This document shows positions 1 through 9,482 of a stretch of DNA of 64,000 nt, in pieces. The DNA is from an archaeon (GTDB lineage: Archaea; B1Sed10-29; WALL01): NCBI GenBank assembly GCA_042584585.1, contig JBHOSQ010000004.1, positions 1-64,000 of the forward strand, given 5' to 3'. The stretch's first letter is position 1, and every line of letters starts with the position of its first letter. The notes below the pieces were generated by a model. The model was not told the origin of the DNA and did no database searches. It was given only the letters and a program-made list of their open reading frames with translations. Position numbers and translations under genes: made by a program.

Positions 1-372
1 CGGAAGAGCTTTGTAATCACCAGCGGGAAAAAAGAGCTGGAATTCGACGGCTTGATGAAGGAGTTTGCGAAGGGCGACAAGGACTTTCCGCGTAAGTACA
101 TCGTGTACCGCGACCTGCGGGGGCGGGGATACACAGTCAAGACCGGGTTCAAGTTCGGCACGCACTACCGTGTGTACGGCCGGGGCGTAAGGCCGGGGGA
201 AGCACACGCGATTTGGCTTGTGCACGCCGTGCCCGAAGAGTTCAAGTGCGACTTTCACACTTTTTCTGGCAAGGTACGCCTAGCACAAAACGTGCGCAAG
301 AAAATGATTTACGCGCTCGTCGACAAGGAAGGCGACATCACTTACTACCGGATTGAGAGGTTCAGCCCGTGA
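1..372 (+). CDS. endA: tRNA-splicing endonuclease catalytic subunit (5'-partial)
   Basis: Frame is open from base 1. Motifs VYRDLRGRGYTVKTGFKFGTHYRVY, HAIWLV and RLAQNVRKK carry the Y/H/K catalytic triad. Confidence 0.92.
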   Translation, partial: RKSFVITSGKKELEFDGLMKEFAKGDKDFPRKYIVYRDLRGRGYTVKTGFKFGTHYRVYGRGVRPGEAHAIWLVHAVPEEFKCDFHTFSGKVRLAQNVRKKMIYALVDKEGDITYYRIERFSP

Positions 373-815
373 GGATTCGCGAGGCTGGACATACGGACGC
401 GCTCGCGATGGAACGGATTACAAGGGAGAGCGGGTACGCTGTCCCCGAGCTGGCGCACGACGAGGAAAGCATCCGCGAAATGCTGAAGAAAAAGATGTTG
501 GTTTACCTGGCGGAAGAAAGCGGCGAGGCGCTTGGATACATAACGCTGGACCCTGCGCCGCCGGGAAAGATGGAGGTTGTCTCCATCGAGGTTAGGGGAG
601 AGCGCCACGGCCAGGGGATTGGCAGCGCGCTGCTTGACGTCGCGATTGCGAAGGCGCTGGAGCTCGGGAAAAAAGAGTTGTTCTTGTTCTGCCACGCGCG
701 CAGCAAAGCCGCGATTGGCTTTTACTGCGGCCTTGGCTTCCTGCAGAGGGGGCTTGTGCCCGGGCATTATTCTACTGGCGAGCCAGCGGTATTGTTCTCA
801 AAAAAAATAGATTGA
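369..815 (+). CDS. GNAT N-acetyltransferase (RimI-like)
   Basis: Acetyl-CoA motif HGQGIGSALL, plus AIGFYCGLGF and GHY; GTGA overlap with endA. Confidence 0.85.
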   Translation: MRIREAGHTDALAMERITRESGYAVPELAHDEESIREMLKKKMLVYLAEESGEALGYITLDPAPPGKMEVVSIEVRGERHGQGIGSALLDVAIAKALELGKKELFLFCHARSKAAIGFYCGLGFLQRGLVPGHYSTGEPAVLFSKKID

Positions 816-881
816 GGGTGTGAGCCATAAAACAAGCCCCCGAAAGGGGGTGGAGATGCTTGCGGGAAATGGCTCACTCCC
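816..881. terminator. Nested stem-loop between convergent genes (terminator or 3'-UTR structure)
   Basis: GTGAGCCAT/ATGGCTCAC outer stem, CAAGC/GCTTG middle stem, CCCC-GAAA-GGGG apical hairpin. Confidence 0.45.
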
Positions 882-934
882 CCAAAAATATTAAAACGGC
901 CAGAAGGACTCAAGCCATTCCGGCACGAGGCTCT

Positions 935-2002
935 TTATGCTGATGTGCTGCTCTTTGGCTTTGCCGCGAAGAGCAGCACAAGAAGGCCCATTTGAAAGGA
1001 CTCTCCGAAACTCACGAGGCCGGTGCCCCTAAGGCGGGCCTGTGCGAGCTCGAGCTTGTCCTCTGCGAGCAATGCACTGTCGTCGTAGAGCGCTACGTGG
1101 ACGCTGGCGTCAGTCTGCTCGCCTGTCTTCGCTATTAGCTCTACTTCAGTGGCTTGCCGGGGGGTCAGTGTGAATTGGCTCGGGGAAATGATTTCCCATC
1201 CGGTGGGCGCGTCCTCAATCGTGAGGAACAGCCCGTCAAGCGTGTCTGCCCCGACGTTTTTGACTGTGTAGCTGATTTTGTACCCCTCTGGATGCCCAGT
1301 GACTGTTATCAGTGAGGACACGGGGTAGTTGTCGCTCAGCGAAGAGACCGTGGCCTGGCCGCGGAACACGTATTCGCCTGCAGTGACAGTGTAGTTGAGT
1401 GTGTAGTCTCCCTTTGGCCTGGGCGCGTAGTTGAACGTGACCGTTTTTGTCTTGCCCGGCTGGAGTGAGGAAAGCTCTTCCGCGTAGTTGCGGTCCTGCC
1501 CTTCTTCGTCAATGAATGCGACGATGTTGTTGAGGACTGACTCGTCGTGGTTCGTTATCGCTATCTCGATGTCGAACTCCTCGGTTTCCTGGATGCGGAT
1601 TACCGCGGGCGCTTCTGCGGTGAGCAGGGGGTCCTCGGTCTCGTAGACTTTGACCACGAATTCTTCGCGCGCGATGTCCTGCTTCGACTCCATCAAAAAG
1701 TGTACGGTGTACAGCCCCGGGTCTGCAGCGCCCGGCTTTACCGATGCAAACAATGCCTTGGCGCTGTGGTCAAGCGTGAACGTGGACGCGTCAAGCCGCA
1801 CCGGAAGGTCCGAAAAGACGGTGACTGTGTAGTCCGTGCTGGCGTCGCACTTGTTTTCGGCGACGAGCCTGACGGTGAACTCATCGTACTGCTCGGCCTG
1901 GCGATAGTGGTCGCCGTCAAGCGCGATTGAGCTGCACGTGGAGCTGGCCTGGGCTGCGAGAATCAACAGCAGCGTGCCGAGCATTACGTGCTTAAAGTTC
2001 AA
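935..2002 (-). CDS. Secreted Ig-like/CARDB-type surface protein; C-terminus possibly frameshifted
   Basis: Signal peptide, beta-rich acidic domains (LQPGKTKTVTF, LTPRQATEVEL), short C-terminal hydrophobic segment. Confidence 0.7.
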   Translation of the reverse strand: MNFKHVMLGTLLLILAAQASSTCSSIALDGDHYRQAEQYDEFTVRLVAENKCDASTDYTVTVFSDLPVRLDASTFTLDHSAKALFASVKPGAADPGLYTVHFLMESKQDIAREEFVVKVYETEDPLLTAEAPAVIRIQETEEFDIEIAITNHDESVLNNIVAFIDEEGQDRNYAEELSSLQPGKTKTVTFNYAPRPKGDYTLNYTVTAGEYVFRGQATVSSLSDNYPVSSLITVTGHPEGYKISYTVKNVGADTLDGLFLTIEDAPTGWEIISPSQFTLTPRQATEVELIAKTGEQTDASVHVALYDDSALLAEDKLELAQARLRGTGLVSFGESFQMGLLVLLFAAKPKSSTSA

Positions 2003-2015
2003 CTTGAATCACCTT

Positions 2016-5000
2016 TCAGTAAAGAGTGCCTTCTGCGTAGCCACTTGGCTGGTTGAAGTCCAGCTCTTCGAGGGGGCTTTCCGAAAGCGACTCGCCGAAG
2101 GCCGTGCCCGCGAGCGAGATGCTGTAGCCCTGTTCCTTGAAGATTATCCAGCCCGCGCTAAGGAAGACCAGAAGCGCCAGCATGACAAGCGTGGCGACCC
2201 AGCTGCTCCAGAACTCAGGCTCAAGGAAGGTCAAAAGGCCCGTGAGCGGGCTAGTGGTCTCTTCCTCAGGCTCGGGGGTTGCTGTCGGGACCGGCCCTGC
2301 GGGCGTGATGTCCTCGATTATCGGCAGGCCAATGCCCTTGACCTCACTGGTCGTCAGCTCTTCGTCGAACGAGTAAGTGACTTCGAAGGACGAGCCTGCG
2401 GACAGGTCCAGTTCCCAGCCGAAGCGGTTGCCGTCGGTGTAGTCCGGCTCGGTGTCAGCGTCCGCGTTGTAGGGGTTCGGGTCCTCCAGGCGGATGACGC
2501 TGTCGTCGCCGGTGTTCTCGACATTGATTGTGTACCAGCCGTCGCCCGTGAGCGGGTCATAGAAGTAATCCCTGGTCACGATGAACTGGCCGATTTCGTA
2601 GGTCACGAGGTCGTCAATGAACACTGCCTCATGGTCTTCGGTCTCGTTGTCGCCGGTTCCGGGGATGGTTGGAGTGCCGGTGACGTCGTCGCTGCTGCCC
2701 GTACTCGGGCCGGGTCCACTCGGGCCGGTCGGGCCTGGGCCCGATGGGACCGAGACAGAGATTGTGACTGTGTCGGTGTCGGTGGCGCTGTCGTCGTCAG
2801 TGACGGTGAGCGTCACGACGTAAGTGCCTGCCAGAGGGTAGGAGTGGCTTGCGGTTATTCCACTGGCCGTGCTGCTGTCGCCGAAGTCCCACTGGTACGA
2901 CGTGATTGTTCCGTCGCCGTCAGTGCTTCCGGACGCGCCGAACGCGATGGCCTGGTTGGTGTTGACGCTTGTGGCCGACGCGGAAATCACGGCGGTCGGT
3001 GCGTCATTGAAGTCAGTGGTCGTGAGAGTCATGACGGCAAGGTTGTTGCTCTCGTTGGACTCGGTGACGTCGTCGTAGAAGTCCGCGATTCCGTGGAGCG
3101 TGATGTTGTCGACCGGCAGCATCAGCTGGAGCGATACCGTGGTAAAGCTGTTGGCCGCGAGCGTTATGTTGGTCTCCGTGTAGTTCACGCTGGTGTAGTT
3201 CATCCTGACGGTGAAGTTGTCGGCCGTTGCGTTGGCCAGGTTGTATACCTTCAGGTTCAGGGTTGTTGGCGTGGTGCCACTTGGGCTGCCCGTGACCGTG
3301 AAGCCGTCGTCGTTGACCGCAACGTCTGGGGTGGCTGCGGTGCCGTTGTAGACCGCGACGGTCATGTTGTCGCTGCCGGTGAGGCCGCCGACGTCGGTGA
3401 CCGTGAGCTGCACCGTGTACAGGCCTGGCGTTGTGAAGTTGTTGGACTGTGTCACGCCTGTGCCGATTGTGGCTCCGCCGACAATCGCCCACGAGTAGCT
3501 AGTGATTCCGATTTCGTCTGTCGAGTTGCTTCCGTCAAAGGACACGATTGTGTTGAACGGGACCATCTGGTCTACGCTCGCGTCTGCGACTGGGGGGTTG
3601 CCCTTCTTGATGTCCTCGAGGCGTGCGCGCGGGTTCGGGGGCACACAGTAGGTGTAGGTGCCGAACGTGACGCATCCGCTTTCGAGCCAGCCGTCCGTGA
3701 TGTTCGCGTCTGTCACGGTGACGTCCACAAGCGTGGAGTTGGTCACTGTCGAGTCCAGGACAGTGGAGTTGGTGACGTTGGACGTGACTATGGTGGAGTT
3801 TGTCACTGTCGAGTTCGCGAGTGTGGAGTAGTTGACGTCCGACAGGGTGACGTTCGAGTCTCCGACAACAGTCATGTAGAGCGTGGCGTTGATGACGCGT
3901 GAGTCAATCGCTGTGGAGTTGTTTAGTGTGGACCACTCGACGTAGCTGCGTATGACCGTGGAAAAGTTGGTCACTGTCGAGTTGTACACCGTCGAGTTCA
4001 GGACAGTGGACGCGCTGACAGTTGAGTCCTGCACGTCGGACGGGTCAATGAACGAGTTCTTGATGACCGTTGCGCCGGTTAGGCTGGTGTCGTTGACCTG
4101 CGACTCGATGATTGTGGAGTTGGTGAGGGTCGAGTTGAAGATGGTCGAGTTGATGACCGTGGTGCACGTGCGGACGATGCTCGTTGTGAAAGTGCGGTCA
4201 ATGCCCTGGTACGACGCGACGTAGGTCCCGTCGATGGACGAGTTGACTATCTTGTTGCAGTTCTTGGACGCGTTGACCGTGAAGTCCACGACACTAGTGT
4301 TGGTGTTGTTCGCCATGTCGTATGCCGTGACGAAGTACACGTAGGAGTCGTCGCTCAGCGGCGAGAGGTCATAGGTGCTCACGTTGCCGACGTCGGTTCC
4401 GTTCACGGTGTAGTGGTCGACTCCGTAGTTGTCGGTCCCTGTCCAGTTGAGCTGGACGTTGCCGTCTATGTAGTCCGTCCCATTGGTCGGGTCGTCGATT
4501 ACGAACGACGGTGGCGTGAGGTCAATCGTGAAGTTCCTGTTGTCACTGGCGTTGTTGTCGACCGCGTCGACTGCCGTGACCACGACGTTGTGGCTGCCCT
4601 CGCCCAGCGAAGGAAGCACTTGGCTCATGTTGGTGCTGACGTTCGTGCCGTTGATGTCGAAGTATGCGACTCCGCTGTTGCCGGTCCAGGTGACGTTGAC
4701 GCTGCTGTAGTTGAGGTACAGGCCCTCGTCCGGGAACGTTATGGCAACGGTCGGGAGCGTGGTGTCAATGCCGAAGTACTCGGTGGCACTGTCGAAGTTG
4801 TCCGCGGTGTCGTTGCAGTAGACGGTTATTGAGTAGTTGCCGTCGACCAGGCCAGAGGCGTTGTAGTACCACGAAGTGGCCGAGCCGCCCATGGTCTGGT
4901 TGGCCCCCGCATCGATGGAGTAAGCGCACCAGCTGGCATCCTCGTCGACAGTGGCGTTCACCCACACCCAATTCTGGGCGTAGGTCATGTTCAGCGGCGA

Positions 5001-8000
5001 GTCAAGGGTGATGTTCGGCGCGCTGACGTCCACCTCGAAGTAGACGTTTGCCGAGGCACTGTTGCCGACCGAGTCATAGGCAATGACCGTGTATGTGTGG
5101 TTGTCCTCTGCAAGCGGTCCGCCGACCGGCCAGCTGGTTGACAGGCTGGTGTTGGTCCCGTTCGCCATGTAGTATGCCACACCGGTGTTGCCGGTCCAGT
5201 TGACGTTGAACGACTGCATGTTGATGCCACTGCCGTTCGTCGGGTAAGTGATGCTTACCGTGGGCGGCGTGGTGTCCAACGTGAACGTAACGCTTGCCGT
5301 GTCTGTGTTGTTGGCGTAGTCGTACGCCGTGACGAACATCGTGTTCGAGCCCTCCGAAAGAGCGGGGAAGTTCGTGGTGGTGACGATGGTGCTGTTGGCG
5401 TTGCTCATGTTGGTGCCGTTCAGGAAGTAGTAGTTGACGCCGTAGTTGTCAGTGCTGTTCCAGGTGACGTTGACGCCTGCAGCTACTGTCGCTCCGTTCG
5501 GCGGTATGTAAATCCAAACGTTCGGGGCCGTGAGGTCGACCGTGATGTTGCGGTTGTCCTCGGCAGTGTTGGGGATAGTTGCGTTGTCGACTGCCTGGAC
5601 GTCAAGCTTGTGCGGGCCCTCGTCGAGCACGAACGTGTACTGCGTGTTCAGCCCGTTGTTGAACCAGTTTATGGTCTCGTTCTTGACGTTGAACTGTTCT
5701 ATGTCGACCGCTGTGGTGCTGTACCTAAGGGGCACGTCGGTGTAGTTGAAGAACTGGCCCTCTTCCGGGAAGCTGATTGTGATGTCCGGGGCTTCCCTGT
5801 CCACGATTGTGAGCGTGAAGCTCTCGGTGTCGGAAAGCTGGGTGGTTGGGGGCGTTGTGGGCGTTTCGGTCGCCGTTATCGTGATTAGGTAGGACCCGAC
5901 TTCTCCCTGCTGGGGGGTGTCGTTTATCCAGCCGGTCGTGCCGTTGATGTCGAACAAAGGCGTGTCGTCAGTGAAGAGGAACGCGTTGCTGGACACGTCC
6001 GACGCGTTAATCTGGACTGCGAACGGCTCGTTCACGTACTGGGTCATGTCAGCGATTGGGTCGATGTCCGGTGCGTCGTTGACTGGATTTACCGTTAGGT
6101 TGAATGTGCTGTAGGGGCTGGGGTCGCCGTTGCTGTCGAATGCCCTGATGCTGACAAGCGTGCTGCCGTAGTTGTCAAGTGTGGTGGTGTTTGCCACTAG
6201 CTGCTTGCCGTTGGCCCAAACATAGACCAGGTTAGTGTCATAGTCTGGGTCCACTTCGAACGAGAGGGGCTTCATGTCAAAGCCAAAGCCATCGTCATCG
6301 TCATCTGGATTGACAGCGCCGCCGTTTTCGTTTCCTTTGCTTGGGCCGGAGCTGATTCCGCCATTGCTGATTCCGGGAGTATTTGCGCTGCCTGTCATGC
6401 CATTATTGACCACGTTGTTGCACGGCTCTGTAGCCGTGGCGTCGCCACCAGCCTCTTGTTCTTCCGGGCAAAGTGGGAGCGTGGCATCGAAGTCTAGGTA
6501 GAAGTCTTCGGTGTCGTTGAAGTAGTCGTTGAGGTCGTCGAACAGGATGTTGTTGTACGTGTCCTCGTCAATGTCGCGGTCCTCGAGCGGCTTCTTGATT
6601 TCAGGGAAGTCGTTTACCTGGGTCACATTGATTACGAAGGTGTTGTATGCCCACCAACCGCCTTTGTCCTTGACCTCGATTGTACAGCTGGATGTGCCGT
6701 TCCAGTCGGGCGCAGGCTTTACCTCGAGCTGCATTCCGTTGGTGCCGGTGGTCCTGCATTCCACCTGGAAGGCGTTCTGCTTGTCTACAGAGTAGGTAAG
6801 CACGTCACCTTTGTCGATGTCCATTGCGTGCCCCGCGTTCCAGCCTGTGCCGGAGCTTCCGAGGTCTGTGTCGACTGGGATCCAGGCGCCGTTGCCCTGG
6901 TCTTCCTGAATTGTGATGTCGGGTATGTCCGTCGCCCACCAGGGGGCGTCGTACCATTCCGTGACGGTGATGTAAAACAGACTGTCGGCGTTGCCGCCGT
7001 TGCCGTCGTCTACCCGGACGGTGCAGTTTGCAGTGCCAGTCCAGTTCGCGGCCGGCTTCACCCAAAGGCTCTTGTTGTTGGTGCCGTTGACCCAGCAGCT
7101 CACTTCGTTTTCGTTTTGATACACGACATTGTAAGTAAGCGTGTCGCCGATGTCAATGTCCGTGGCGTATCCTGCGCCACTGTTGCTGCCGGACGCGCCG
7201 AGGTTGTAGTCGACAATGCGCTCGCCGCTGTCTTCATTGATGGTTATGTTGGAGACGTCGTTGAACCAGTAAGGGGCGTCTTGGGTGTTGCTTACTGTGA
7301 CGGTGAACTTGGCGTTGATGCTCTTGACGTTCAGCCCAGTCACGGGGTCGCCGAAGTCAGTGCCCTTCACCGTGATGTCCGCGCTGCCAATCTTGTTGCT
7401 CGTGGCGCTGAACGTTACCTTGTTCCCGCCTGTGATGGACGCGGTGATTAGGCTGGTGTCGGAGACCGTCACGAGCGTGAACGTAAGGGAGCCGCCCCCA
7501 GACGGGCTGTCTTCCTTGTCCCAGATGTAGCCATTCAAGTCGGCGGTTGTGCCGGTGTCGCCTTCCTTAAGGGGCATGTCGAGCGGGGCCAAGTGGATGT
7601 ATGGCTGGTCGTTGAGTGACTCGACGTTGATTTTGAATTGCTTGTCTGCAGTGTTGCCGTTGTTGCCGTCGCTTACACGGACAGTGCAGTATGCGGTGCC
7701 GTACCAGTCAGCCGTGGGCTTTACCGAAAGGGCGTTCCCGGTGGCGGTGACGGTACAGTCGACCTTAGTGGTGTCCTCTGAAGAGATCGAAAACGTGAGC
7801 GTGTCACCCTCGAAGTCCGCTGCATAGTCTTGAAGGTCTAGGTCAAGCGTTTTCGTGCCGCTGTCTTCCTTGATGTTGACCTCGCTGATGTCCTTGGTCC
7901 ATTCCGGCACTTCGTTCACGGTCTTGGTGGTGTAGTCGACGTAGACCGCGCCGGGCTCGTAGCCGTACGAGAATGTGTTCGCAAGGATTTCTCCGATTGA

Positions 8001-9314
8001 GTGCGACTTGGTGTATTTCCTGACCTTTTTGTCGGCCGAGGCGATGTACAGGTGGTTGTCGCTGACTGCGACCATGTTTACCTGGCCATTGCCGCCCACA
8101 GGCACGACAACGTAATCATAGTAGTTGAAGCTCGTGAGGCTCCACACACTGACGTTCTGGTCGTCCCTTGCGGTGTAGAGGTTGCCTTTGGCGCTGTCGA
8201 TTGTGATGTCGCGGGAAATCACGCGCTTGTCGGACGCCATCTTCCCTTTGGCGCTGGTGCCGGTGTTGTAGTACCCGACGTCACCCTCTTCATACATGCT
8301 GGAGCCAGAGTAACTAGTGGAGTCGATGTAATACACGATGCCGGTGCTGGTGTCGACCTCGAGGTCATACATCTTGCTGCCGTAATCGTAGTAGACATTG
8401 CCTGCGATGGCGCCGCTTGTGGAGTACTTGTCGACGTAGCCGAGGCCGCCTGCAACGTAGAGGATGTTGTTGTAGAACGCGACTGCGTAGACGTTGTTCC
8501 AGGACTCGCCGTAAGTGCCGGGAAATGCTTCCTTGCCTTTGGTTTCTCCGACTTTCCACTCGTGGTAGTCGTCGGACATCCTTATCTTGTAAATCCTGCC
8601 GTTTTCAGCGCCGGCGTAAAGGTACTTGTTTGAGCCGGTTCCGCTGAAGTCAATTGAGTAGATTATCTCGCCGCTCGCGAAATTGTATTCGTCGACGACC
8701 TCGCCGGTCTTGCGGTTGTGGCTCGTCACTTTTCCGGTGCTGGCCACGAATATTTTCCCGTCAAAGCTTTTGATGTCGTTGATTGAATACCCATGGGCGC
8801 TAGTGTTTTCCCACAGCTTCTGGTTGGTCTTTGAGTCGTAGGCGTATATGTCGCCGCCCGAAAGCCCGACCACAAGAAGCGAGTGGCTCTTCAGCATGCC
8901 GTCTCCGGTTGCCGGCCCCATCGGAAGGAACTCGAATTCTTCGGTTTCTTCTTCGTCCTCGTTTGTCTCGGGCCCTTCGGTCTCGACACCAGTGTCAGGG
9001 AGTTCGGTGTCGGCCTGCTCTTCGACCTCTTGGGTCTCAGGCTCGATTTGGGTGTCCGGCTTCTCCACCACTGGGGCGGAGGGCGTGGACCTCGTCGAGC
9101 GAAGTATGATTATATTCTCTTTACTATTAGTAGTAGGATTTGAAACAGAGTTAGTAGTTGTGTCGGTATTAGTTTCCTCCTCAACAGAATCTTCCACAGC
9201 CGCCTCATCCTTGAGCTTGTCCTGGAGGGCATTGAAATTACCCCCTACGAACGCGGCCGATACCATGCTAGTAAGCAAAAGCATGCTGATCAATATTGGC
9301 AGGAATTTATTCAT
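2016..9314 (-). CDS. Giant surface adhesin-like glycoprotein: beta-propeller, cadherin/tandem-95-like repeats, Ig repeats, beta-solenoid, PKD/CARDB, C-terminal TM
   Basis: Signal peptide; propeller-like blades; repeated P..NW.GT..CTV.V.D and DTTPP.V.I..P units; PKD motifs FDGSNSTD and SYQWDFGD; TM WVATLVMLALLVFLSAGWII. Confidence 0.85.
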   Translation of the reverse strand: MNKFLPILISMLLLTSMVSAAFVGGNFNALQDKLKDEAAVEDSVEEETNTDTTTNSVSNPTTNSKENIIILRSTRSTPSAPVVEKPDTQIEPETQEVEEQADTELPDTGVETEGPETNEDEEETEEFEFLPMGPATGDGMLKSHSLLVVGLSGGDIYAYDSKTNQKLWENTSAHGYSINDIKSFDGKIFVASTGKVTSHNRKTGEVVDEYNFASGEIIYSIDFSGTGSNKYLYAGAENGRIYKIRMSDDYHEWKVGETKGKEAFPGTYGESWNNVYAVAFYNNILYVAGGLGYVDKYSTSGAIAGNVYYDYGSKMYDLEVDTSTGIVYYIDSTSYSGSSMYEEGDVGYYNTGTSAKGKMASDKRVISRDITIDSAKGNLYTARDDQNVSVWSLTSFNYYDYVVVPVGGNGQVNMVAVSDNHLYIASADKKVRKYTKSHSIGEILANTFSYGYEPGAVYVDYTTKTVNEVPEWTKDISEVNIKEDSGTKTLDLDLQDYAADFEGDTLTFSISSEDTTKVDCTVTATGNALSVKPTADWYGTAYCTVRVSDGNNGNTADKQFKINVESLNDQPYIHLAPLDMPLKEGDTGTTADLNGYIWDKEDSPSGGGSLTFTLVTVSDTSLITASITGGNKVTFSATSNKIGSADITVKGTDFGDPVTGLNVKSINAKFTVTVSNTQDAPYWFNDVSNITINEDSGERIVDYNLGASGSNSGAGYATDIDIGDTLTYNVVYQNENEVSCWVNGTNNKSLWVKPAANWTGTANCTVRVDDGNGGNADSLFYITVTEWYDAPWWATDIPDITIQEDQGNGAWIPVDTDLGSSGTGWNAGHAMDIDKGDVLTYSVDKQNAFQVECRTTGTNGMQLEVKPAPDWNGTSSCTIEVKDKGGWWAYNTFVINVTQVNDFPEIKKPLEDRDIDEDTYNNILFDDLNDYFNDTEDFYLDFDATLPLCPEEQEAGGDATATEPCNNVVNNGMTGSANTPGISNGGISSGPSKGNENGGAVNPDDDDDGFGFDMKPLSFEVDPDYDTNLVYVWANGKQLVANTTTLDNYGSTLVSIRAFDSNGDPSPYSTFNLTVNPVNDAPDIDPIADMTQYVNEPFAVQINASDVSSNAFLFTDDTPLFDINGTTGWINDTPQQGEVGSYLITITATETPTTPPTTQLSDTESFTLTIVDREAPDITISFPEEGQFFNYTDVPLRYSTTAVDIEQFNVKNETINWFNNGLNTQYTFVLDEGPHKLDVQAVDNATIPNTAEDNRNITVDLTAPNVWIYIPPNGATVAAGVNVTWNSTDNYGVNYYFLNGTNMSNANSTIVTTTNFPALSEGSNTMFVTAYDYANNTDTASVTFTLDTTPPTVSITYPTNGSGINMQSFNVNWTGNTGVAYYMANGTNTSLSTSWPVGGPLAEDNHTYTVIAYDSVGNSASANVYFEVDVSAPNITLDSPLNMTYAQNWVWVNATVDEDASWCAYSIDAGANQTMGGSATSWYYNASGLVDGNYSITVYCNDTADNFDSATEYFGIDTTLPTVAITFPDEGLYLNYSSVNVTWTGNSGVAYFDINGTNVSTNMSQVLPSLGEGSHNVVVTAVDAVDNNASDNRNFTIDLTPPSFVIDDPTNGTDYIDGNVQLNWTGTDNYGVDHYTVNGTDVGNVSTYDLSPLSDDSYVYFVTAYDMANNTNTSVVDFTVNASKNCNKIVNSSIDGTYVASYQGIDRTFTTSIVRTCTTVINSTIFNSTLTNSTIIESQVNDTSLTGATVIKNSFIDPSDVQDSTVSASTVLNSTVYNSTVTNFSTVIRSYVEWSTLNNSTAIDSRVINATLYMTVVGDSNVTLSDVNYSTLANSTVTNSTIVTSNVTNSTVLDSTVTNSTLVDVTVTDANITDGWLESGCVTFGTYTYCVPPNPRARLEDIKKGNPPVADASVDQMVPFNTIVSFDGSNSTDEIGITSYSWAIVGGATIGTGVTQSNNFTTPGLYTVQLTVTDVGGLTGSDNMTVAVYNGTAATPDVAVNDDGFTVTGSPSGTTPTTLNLKVYNLANATADNFTVRMNYTSVNYTETNITLAANSFTTVSLQLMLPVDNITLHGIADFYDDVTESNESNNLAVMTLTTTDFNDAPTAVISASATSVNTNQAIAFGASGSTDGDGTITSYQWDFGDSSTASGITASHSYPLAGTYVVTLTVTDDDSATDTDTVTISVSVPSGPGPTGPSGPGPSTGSSDDVTGTPTIPGTGDNETEDHEAVFIDDLVTYEIGQFIVTRDYFYDPLTGDGWYTINVENTGDDSVIRLEDPNPYNADADTEPDYTDGNRFGWELDLSAGSSFEVTYSFDEELTTSEVKGIGLPIIEDITPAGPVPTATPEPEEETTSPLTGLLTFLEPEFWSSWVATLVMLALLVFLSAGWIIFKEQGYSISLAGTAFGESLSESPLEELDFNQPSGYAEGTLY

Positions 9315-9331
9315 ATCTAATCACCTATGAA

Positions 9332-9482
9332 CGGTTGTTGTTACTTTTAAGGGACAACATATATAAACCTTATGTTTATTGCAAAAGGCTACACATGGTG
9401 TACCCCCTCAAGCACCTCGCGAACCAGATTATAGACATACATCTTTATAAAGTTATTTGTCCCCAACTAGTTACAACAACAG
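9332..9482. promoter_or_regulatory. Divergent TATA promoters with inverted 27-bp operator-like repeat
   Basis: TTTATATA on - (about 9361-9368) and TTTATAAA on + (9444-9451), each followed by a TTGTCCC...AGT.ACAACAAC copy. Confidence 0.55.

Noticed and set aside
813-881. SECIS-like readthrough of the GNAT UGA stop
   Set aside because: Readthrough adds only four codons before TAA, and the hairpin lacks the archaeal GAA/A SECIS core.
1938-3902. 654-aa + strand ORF
   Set aside because: Antisense shadow of the giant adhesin. V/R/G/D-rich composition and no motifs; explained by strong codon bias on the coding strand.
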